From: Actinomycetota bacterium
GTDB taxonomy: Bacteria; Actinomycetota; Acidimicrobiia; Spongiisociales; UBA5794
Length of the DNA: 64,000 nucleotides
Assembly: GCA_013151445.1 (NCBI GenBank)
Contig: JAADIG010000052.1
Coordinates: 2-64,001 of the forward strand
Direction: 5' to 3'
Each line of letters opens with the position of its first letter. Positions within the stretch are counted from its first letter, which is position 1. Made by a program: the position numbers and the translations under genes. Shown piece after piece: positions 57,627-64,000 of the stretch. Under the pieces are notes generated by a model. The model had not been told where the DNA came from and did not search any database. It saw only the letters and a list, made by a program, of their open reading frames with translations.

Positions 57627-58598
57627 GTGACCATTCTGGAGCCGACGGCGAATAATCGCAATCTATCCCTAGTTGCACTCTGCGGAGGCGTCGGTGGTGC
57701 GCGCCTCGTGAGGGCCCTTGACAGGCTGCTCCCGACAGCCTCGATTACCGCCATTGTGAACGTCGGTGACGACGAGAAACGCTACGGAGTGCACGTCGCA
57801 GCCGATATCGACACCGTGCTCTACACGCTGTCTGACATCGTTGGACCCCAGGGCTGGGGCATCGACGGCGATACAACGACCATGATGACCACACTGAACA
57901 AACTCGGTGTAGATACGGCGTTTCACCTGGGCGATCGCGACTTCGCCCACTGCCTGTGGCGCACCAACCGACTCTCAGAAGGATCTTCTCTCTCTGCAAC
58001 AACAACGCATTTGGCCACCACGCTCGGAGTTCGGCCAAAGGTGCTCCCCGCTACTGATGACCCAGTCGCGACTGCAGTACAGATTGCTGATGGCTCCTGG
58101 CTTACGTTCCAGGAGTACTTTGTGGAACGAGGACATCGCGACGAGGTGCGAACACTCCGATACGACGGGGCTGACGTTGCCACCGCGGCACCGGGAGTCA
58201 TCGATGCAATCGCGAACGCCGACGCGGTCATCATCGCACCATCAAACCCTCCCCTCTCCATCTGGCCAATCTTGGCGATTCCTGGCATCAGACACTCCCT
58301 CGAAACCCACGACCGCGTCATCGCCGTGAGCCCACTGTTTTCGGGGACAGCGCTCAAGGGACCCGCCCGGCAGGTACTCGAATCGCTGGGCCTTGGAAGT
58401 GGAACCGCAAGCATCTTGGCTGCCTACGATGCCCTGATCGACTATCTCATCATCGACGCCGGTGACTCGGCCGACACACAGTTGTCCAATGCCAGAACCG
58501 TCGTGGAGGCAGTCGACACCCGGCTCACGCCCGTAGATCGGGCGCAGGACCTGGTGGCAACTATCACACGCCTGATAGGAGAAACCAATGCGAATTGA
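57627..58598 (+). CDS. cofD: 2-phospho-L-lactate transferase (F420 biosynthesis)
   Basis: GGVGGARL, VNVGDD, DIDTVLYTL, LGDRD, FQEYFV, PSNP.LSI.PIL; GTG with GGAG RBS. Confidence 0.93.
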   Translation: MTILEPTANNRNLSLVALCGGVGGARLVRALDRLLPTASITAIVNVGDDEKRYGVHVAADIDTVLYTLSDIVGPQGWGIDGDTTTMMTTLNKLGVDTAFHLGDRDFAHCLWRTNRLSEGSSLSATTTHLATTLGVRPKVLPATDDPVATAVQIADGSWLTFQEYFVERGHRDEVRTLRYDGADVATAAPGVIDAIANADAVIIAPSNPPLSIWPILAIPGIRHSLETHDRVIAVSPLFSGTALKGPARQVLESLGLGSGTASILAAYDALIDYLIIDAGDSADTQLSNARTVVEAVDTRLTPVDRAQDLVATITRLIGETNAN

Positions 58599-59283
58599 AG
58601 TGTGGAGCGTCTCAGGTATCGGAGAGGTTTATCCCACCGACGACGTCGCCCAACATATCATCGACGCTATTGCCGTTACCCCGGAAGGTCTCGTTGCCGG
58701 CGACATCGTCGTGGTGACCCACAAAATCGTCTCCAAGGCCGAGGGGGAGATCCGATCTGCCGCGACAGACGACGAGTATCGCCGGATCATCGAATCCGAG
58801 GCCGCAGAGATTATCCGCCGCCGTGGACCGCTAGTAATCACCCAGACGCACCATGGTTTTATCTGCGCCAATGCCGGGGTTGACCGGTCAAATGTCGAAG
58901 GCGACAACGTCGTTCTCCTTCCAAGACGGCCGGACAGGTCTGCCCATCTCATCCGCATGCGGCTCGAACAGGCTTTTGGCTGTGCGATTGGTGTATTGAT
59001 CACCGACACCTTCGGCCGACCGTGGCGTCGCGGACTGACCGACGTAGCCATCGGATGTTCGGGGGTGCTATCTGTCGTCGACCTCAAGGGCAGCCATGAC
59101 ATGCAGGGACGCGTCTTGGAGGTGTCCGAGGTGGCAGTAATCGACGAGATTGCCGCAGCCGCAGACCTTGTGATGGGCAAAGCAAGCGGCAACCCGGTTG
59201 CCGTCGTGCGAGGACTAGACCTGGCCGGAAACGGTCGCGCCAGCGACCTCGTCCGCCCCGCTGCGGAGGACATGTTTCGGTGA
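58588..59283 (+). CDS. cofE: Coenzyme F420-0:L-glutamate ligase
   Basis: VVTHKIVSKAEG, CANAGVDRSN, ITDTFGRPWRRG, DEIAAAADLVMGK. Confidence 0.95.
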   Translation: MRIEVWSVSGIGEVYPTDDVAQHIIDAIAVTPEGLVAGDIVVVTHKIVSKAEGEIRSAATDDEYRRIIESEAAEIIRRRGPLVITQTHHGFICANAGVDRSNVEGDNVVLLPRRPDRSAHLIRMRLEQAFGCAIGVLITDTFGRPWRRGLTDVAIGCSGVLSVVDLKGSHDMQGRVLEVSEVAVIDEIAAAADLVMGKASGNPVAVVRGLDLAGNGRASDLVRPAAEDMFR

Positions 59284-59286
59284 ACG

Positions 59287-60171
59287 ATGCCTGAGCTCCC
59301 CGAGATTGAAGCCTATCTCCATGCACTTCGCCCACGGATCGTGGGAGCGACGCTCGAAAACTCCCGTATCCGATCATTCTCTGTGCTCAAGACCTACGAT
59401 CCGCCCATCGCGGCCGTCCATGGAGCTGTCGTCGCAAAACTCTCGCGTCTCGGCAAACGAGTCGTTATCGAGACGGACCGCAAGATTGCCCTCGTTATCC
59501 ACCTGATGGTGGCCGGACGTTTCCAATGGCACGAAACCCCCCAACCGATTCCGAAGAGGTTAGGACTCGCAGCGTTCGACTTCTCAACTGGTTCGCTCAT
59601 GCTCACCGAGGCAGGCTCGAAGCAGCGGACCCGTTTGCATGTGGTCTCCCACAAAACCCTCACCGACCTCGACCCGGGCGGTATCGAAATCGCCACAGCG
59701 ACGCGCGACGAGTTTGTGCAAGGCCTGCTCGCGGAGCGTCATACGCTGAAACGTGCGCTCACCGACGCCCGTCATCTCTCCGGAATCGGTGGTGCGTTCG
59801 CCGACGAAATCCTTTTCCGGGCCGCACTGTCACCACTCCAGATGAACACGAACCTCGAGCCTGACGAGCTTGACCGACTCCACCTTGCGGCCGTCGACAC
59901 CCTCAACGAATGGACACGGATTCGGATCGAGGAGACAGGTGACGACTTCCCGAAAAGAGTAACTGCGTTCCACCCCGCAATGGCAGTACACGGAAAATAC
60001 GGTAAACCCTGCCCGAAGTGCCAGACATCGATCCAGCGAATCTCCTATGCACATCGGGAAACCAACTATTGTCCGGTGTGTCAGACGGGGGGGAAAATCC
60101 TCGCCGACCGATCTCTCTCACGCCTCTTGAAGGAAGATTGGCCGTCGAATGTGGACGAACTTGAAGGATAA
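59287..60171 (+). CDS. Fpg/Nei family DNA glycosylase
   Basis: N-terminal MPELPE, HLMVAG, GIG..FADEIL, C-terminal CPKC..CPVCQ zinc finger. Confidence 0.92.
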   Translation: MPELPEIEAYLHALRPRIVGATLENSRIRSFSVLKTYDPPIAAVHGAVVAKLSRLGKRVVIETDRKIALVIHLMVAGRFQWHETPQPIPKRLGLAAFDFSTGSLMLTEAGSKQRTRLHVVSHKTLTDLDPGGIEIATATRDEFVQGLLAERHTLKRALTDARHLSGIGGAFADEILFRAALSPLQMNTNLEPDELDRLHLAAVDTLNEWTRIRIEETGDDFPKRVTAFHPAMAVHGKYGKPCPKCQTSIQRISYAHRETNYCPVCQTGGKILADRSLSRLLKEDWPSNVDELEG

Positions 60172-60204
60172 AACCGCATACTGTCTGAATCTGGGCGAAA
60201 GTGA

Positions 60205-60233
60205 CTAAACACCAACGGCAGGTACGCCGAAGT
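60205..60233 (+). promoter_or_regulatory. sigma28/WhiG-like promoter candidate
   Basis: CTAAA-N16-GCCGAAGT upstream of ugd. Confidence 0.6.
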
Positions 60234-60304
60234 AGAACCAGGAAGTTGAAGCCGACGGGCAACACGAGATGTGGACTCGTCGGAAGACAAAGGATGATCG
60301 ACGA

Positions 60305-61672
60305 ATGCAAGAGCGGCTGAAAATCGCAGCGGTGGGAAGCGGCTATGTCGGAACGGTTGTTTCCGCCTGTTTCTCCAAACTCGGTCACGAAGTTGTCGGA
60401 GTCGAGATCGACTCCGACAAGCTCGCCCAGCTGCAGGCGGGAATTCCCCCCTTCTGGGAGGGTGGACTCGATGATCTGCTCGCCGAGCAGGTCGGTTCCG
60501 GCAACCTCACCTTCACCGATGATATGGATGCTGCACTGGCGGGAACCGACGTAATCTTTCTCTGTGTCGGAACACCATCGGGTACCGACGGTCACCCCGA
60601 TATGTCCTATGTCATCAACGCCGCACGGGCGATCGGCAGATCCTTGCAGGGACACAACGTTATCGTCACAAAGTCAACGGTTCCCATCGGGTCGGGTATG
60701 TGGCTCAACGCAACAATCGATGATGCCCTCGCTGACGCCGCGTCAAGCGCAACGTTTTCGGTTGTATCGAACCCCGAGTTCCTTCGTGAGGGAACGGCCA
60801 TCGAGGACTTCTTGCATCCCGAGCGAATCGTTCTCGGGTCCGACGACCCTGCCGCTATTGACCTCGTCCATCGTGCATTCCAGCCGATCCTCGACCAAAC
60901 CTTTGACGGTGGACGTCCCGAAGTCCAGCCGGCCATGGTTCACACCGGTCTGGTGACAGCCGAGACCGTGAAATACGCGGCAAACGCTTTTCTCGCAGCC
61001 AAGATCTCGTTTATCAACGAGATCTCTCAAATCTGTGAACGGGTGGGGGCCGATATCACCGACGTGGCCACCGCAATCGGTCTCGACTCACGCATCGGAA
61101 ACAAGTTCCTCAACGCCGGTATCGGCTGGGGTGGATCCTGTTTTGGTAAGGACCTGGACGCTCTCGCTGCCATTGCACGGGACTATGGACTGCACCCCCG
61201 CATGCTCGATGCAGTTCGCGAGGTCAACAGATCTCAGCGTCATCTCATCGTTGAGAAATTGCAAGCCGAACTCAAGACCCTTCGGGGCCGTCGTGTCACA
61301 CTCCTCGGTCTATCGTTCAAGCCCGGTACCGATGATCTCCGCGATGCACCGGCCATAGATATCGCTTCACGATTGGTACAGCTCGGGGCAACTGTTTCTG
61401 CGTTCGATCCAGTCGTCAAAACATTTGACGAGGTTCCTGAGGTGTGGATCAAGGACGACGTATACGCCGCGGTCGATCGCGCGGATGCCGTCGTCCTGAT
61501 TACTGAGTGGCCGGAATTCAAAGATGTCGACTATGGACGCGTGGCCAACGTCATGCGTGGCGACTACTTCCTCGACGGACGTAACTTCCTCGACCCGCAA
61601 GAGATGATGAGCGCCGGTCTCCACTACGGGTCCATCGGCAGACTCTCCGCCAAAGTGACCCAACCGGTCTGA
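60305..61672 (+). CDS. ugd: UDP-glucose/GDP-mannose dehydrogenase family protein
   Basis: GSGYVG, CVGTP, KSTVP, NPEFLREG, GWGGSCFGKD, FKPGTDDLRDAP. Confidence 0.93.
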   Translation: MQERLKIAAVGSGYVGTVVSACFSKLGHEVVGVEIDSDKLAQLQAGIPPFWEGGLDDLLAEQVGSGNLTFTDDMDAALAGTDVIFLCVGTPSGTDGHPDMSYVINAARAIGRSLQGHNVIVTKSTVPIGSGMWLNATIDDALADAASSATFSVVSNPEFLREGTAIEDFLHPERIVLGSDDPAAIDLVHRAFQPILDQTFDGGRPEVQPAMVHTGLVTAETVKYAANAFLAAKISFINEISQICERVGADITDVATAIGLDSRIGNKFLNAGIGWGGSCFGKDLDALAAIARDYGLHPRMLDAVREVNRSQRHLIVEKLQAELKTLRGRRVTLLGLSFKPGTDDLRDAPAIDIASRLVQLGATVSAFDPVVKTFDEVPEVWIKDDVYAAVDRADAVVLITEWPEFKDVDYGRVANVMRGDYFLDGRNFLDPQEMMSAGLHYGSIGRLSAKVTQPV

Positions 61673-61742
61673 CACGGACCCAGCCTCTCGGACACGCTCT
61701 GTCGCTCCTGTGAGAGCACGATCTGGTGGATCCAAAAGACCT

Positions 61743-61773
61743 CGAGGGTCCGCATATGCAGTGCGGACCCTCG
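61743..61773. terminator. Hairpin between convergent genes
   Basis: CGAGGGTCCGCA / TGCGGACCCTCG 12-bp stem. Confidence 0.7.
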
Positions 61774-61803
61774 TAGAGGTAACTTGGAAATCTTCGGTTG
61801 TGT

Positions 61804-62493
61804 CTAGAAGCCGGTCCTCTTGCCCATTGCGGCCGGGATCGTACGGATCAGTATCGCCAGGTCCTTACCGAACGAGAGATTCTTCAGATACGCAAGGTCG
61901 ACATCGGTCGCCTCGTGAAGAGGAATCTCGCCTCGTTCGGAAACCTGCCACAACCCGGTAACCCCAGGCCTCACAATGTGACGCTGGTGCTGCCACGGTT
62001 CATAGTTGTTCACGATATCGACAAGCTCCGGACGAGGTCCCACCAGGCTCATACTGCCCAACAGTACGTTCCAGAACTGGGGCAACTCGTCGAGGCTGTA
62101 CTTGCGCAGGAACCCGCCGAGGGGCGTAACCCTTGGATCGTGCTCCGACTTGTGGGTGATCCTTCGGTCTGGACCCACATAGTGCATGGGGATCGCCCGC
62201 CGGTCGGAGTTCATGGTGCGCAGTTTGAACACCTTGAACGTGTCACCGTCTTTGCCTACCCGCTCCTGCACAAACAACGGGTGTTTCCCCATCGTTAAAC
62301 GGATCGCGAGCAATATTGGAATGATAAGCGGCAACGTGAGAACGCTGAGAACGAGTCCACCAACTCGGTCAAATACGGGTTTCACGAACCGCACATAAAG
62401 TGGTGATGCCACACGGACATCGACTGGTTGAACTACCGTGGCTGGTACGTCCACCGTACCAATCAAACGATTGTTAAATTCCCCCGACAACAT
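61804..62493 (-). CDS. Polyprenyl-phosphate sugar transferase (priming phosphoglycosyltransferase)
   Basis: FKLRTM, DPRVT..G.FLRKYSLDELPQF.NVL.GSMSLVGPRPE, PGVTGLWQV. Confidence 0.93.
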   Translation of the reverse strand: MLSGEFNNRLIGTVDVPATVVQPVDVRVASPLYVRFVKPVFDRVGGLVLSVLTLPLIIPILLAIRLTMGKHPLFVQERVGKDGDTFKVFKLRTMNSDRRAIPMHYVGPDRRITHKSEHDPRVTPLGGFLRKYSLDELPQFWNVLLGSMSLVGPRPELVDIVNNYEPWQHQRHIVRPGVTGLWQVSERGEIPLHEATDVDLAYLKNLSFGKDLAILIRTIPAAMGKRTGF

Positions 62494-62754
62494 GCCTAAC
62501 CCCTATCCTGAGCCCTTGAGTTGTGCTTCGTCATCGATTCCTCGGTGACGATGCCCTTCCTTTTCCCAACAATCGTCCTCAAGCCCTGAAAACGACTACA
62601 CAGCGTGGTAACGCTGTCACCACTTTGTGTGGTATTACGAATACTACGAGGAGCTAGGCCCTTTCGTCAATGGGGCCAGCGCCTCATTTGCTGAAACACA
62701 AAGTGACTACGCGTAGCATCATCACCTATATATCAACTCGTTAAAGAAGAGTCA

Positions 62755-63921
62755 ATGAACGTTCTCCAGATACATACGAGATATCAACAAAGTGGCGGCG
62801 AGGATACCGTCGTTGCGGCCGAGGCCAACCTACTGGAACAGGCGGGCCATACGGTGCGTCTGTTCGAAGCCAAGAATGCTGGCGGATTGGCCGGTGCGAG
62901 CCAGCTCGTCGCTTCGCCGTGGAACCCACGATCAGCGCATCGACTGGCGTCAAGCATCCAGGGTGAGCGACCCGATGTGGCCCACATCCACAACACCTGG
63001 TTTGCGATGTCACCCTCTGTCGTGCGCCGGTTACGAGCGGCGGGAGTACCGACCGTGATGACGTTGCACAACTACCGGCTCGTGTGTGCCAACGCCCTGC
63101 TGTTGCGCGACGGCCGACCCTGCGAGTTGTGCGTGACAGGCTCCCCGAGCCAGGCAATCCGGTATGGGTGTTACCGGTCGCGACCCGAATCCGTCGTTGC
63201 CGCTGGTGCAATCGCTCTTGCGGCGAAGACCGACGTGTGGGGAAAAAACGTCGATGTGTTCCTCGCCCTCACGGACTTTATGAAAACCATCATGGTGCGA
63301 GCCGGCCTCCCCGCTGAGAAGATCGTTGTAAAACCAAACTTCACTGTCGACCCCGGACCGCGCATCCGGCCTGCCGACCAATCCGATACGGTGATCTTCG
63401 TTGGTCGACTATCGGAGGAAAAGGGAGCACACCGGCTACTCGAAGCGTGGCGCGCGGCTCCGCCAAGCAATCTCCGACTCAAGATTGTCGGTGACGGGCC
63501 GCTGCGATCGATCCTGGAAGCCAAGGCGCCATCGTCGGTCGAGTTTCTCGGGTCTATTCCTCATGCCGAAGTTCCCGTCCTGCTCAGGTCGGCCAGAGCG
63601 ATGGTGTTCCCCTCCACCTGGTACGAGGGTCTGCCCATGACGATCATCGAGGCCTTCGCTTCGGGATTGCCGGTCCTGGCAAACAATCTCGGCGCAATGG
63701 CGTCGGTCGTCAAACCGCTCGGGGAACGCTGGTTGGTACCGGCCACCGATACGACAAATGTCGATCCGTGGATCGATGCCCTCACCCGTCTCTCGGATTC
63801 GTCGGCGATTGGAGCCGCCAGTGCGCAGGCCCGGGCAGCATATGAGGCGTCCTACACCCCCAAGGCGAACCTCACCGCTCTCACCGGTGCCTATCAACGA
63901 GCCCGTGAGACCGCAACGTGA
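62755..63921 (+). CDS. GT4 family glycosyltransferase
   Basis: SGGED, HIHN, TLHNYRL.C, VGRLSEEKG, PSTWYEGLPMTIIEA. Confidence 0.92.
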   Translation: MNVLQIHTRYQQSGGEDTVVAAEANLLEQAGHTVRLFEAKNAGGLAGASQLVASPWNPRSAHRLASSIQGERPDVAHIHNTWFAMSPSVVRRLRAAGVPTVMTLHNYRLVCANALLLRDGRPCELCVTGSPSQAIRYGCYRSRPESVVAAGAIALAAKTDVWGKNVDVFLALTDFMKTIMVRAGLPAEKIVVKPNFTVDPGPRIRPADQSDTVIFVGRLSEEKGAHRLLEAWRAAPPSNLRLKIVGDGPLRSILEAKAPSSVEFLGSIPHAEVPVLLRSARAMVFPSTWYEGLPMTIIEAFASGLPVLANNLGAMASVVKPLGERWLVPATDTTNVDPWIDALTRLSDSSAIGAASAQARAAYEASYTPKANLTALTGAYQRARETAT

Positions 63922-63937
63922 CCCGCGTGGAATTCGG

Positions 63938-63964
63938 CAAAGTTCCGTGGTGAACGGCCGATAC
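63938..63964 (+). promoter_or_regulatory. sigma28/WhiG-like promoter candidate for the next gene (outside the window)
   Basis: CAAA-N15-GCCGATAC in intergenic DNA. Confidence 0.5.
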
Positions 63965-64000
63965 AAAGACCGGTAGCCCATAGAGACACTGAGTCGGTAG

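Noticed and set aside
62494..62754. AT-richer spacer with a short hairpin (ACAGCGT-GGTA-ACGCTGT) as an ncRNA
   Set aside because: More simply a divergent promoter region; no family-level structure recognised

Overview
GC-rich bacterial chromosome segment, most consistent with a deep-branching actinobacterium. Acidimicrobiia is inferred from the F420 genes, a mycothiol-dependent MDMPI protein, DUF3499/DUF5719 and Cys-bridged SLH-like repeats. Left arm: thrC-like gene, rdgB-rph-MBL-mec-arcA-MDMPI block, pfk, ybaK, then an accessory stretch of SLH-anchored surface proteins, a decayed GNAT, twin small membrane proteins around DUF1684 and a probable AhpD-related selenoprotein split by an in-frame UGA (C-F-Y-U-T, followed by a SECIS-like hairpin). 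Middle: a reductive pyrimidine-catabolism operon that has an F420-type LLM oxidoreductase but no PreT/PreA, a divergent MocR regulator, and a polysaccharide-lyase/SLH/beta-helix surface protein. Core block: ssrA-smpB-M23-ftsX-ftsE-prfB(+1 programmed frameshift)-secA, a HEAT/HD-GYP pair, response regulator, hpf, comF, an FtsH-like protease, Trm112, manB, a GtrABC-like glycosylation triad, three small Cys-rich proteins, cofD-cofE, fpg and the start of a polysaccharide cluster. Recurrent sigma28/WhiG-like promoter motifs precede the surface-protein and polysaccharide genes. No integrase, transposase, CRISPR array, rRNA or tRNA was recognised. All calls come from reading motifs by eye; no searches were run.
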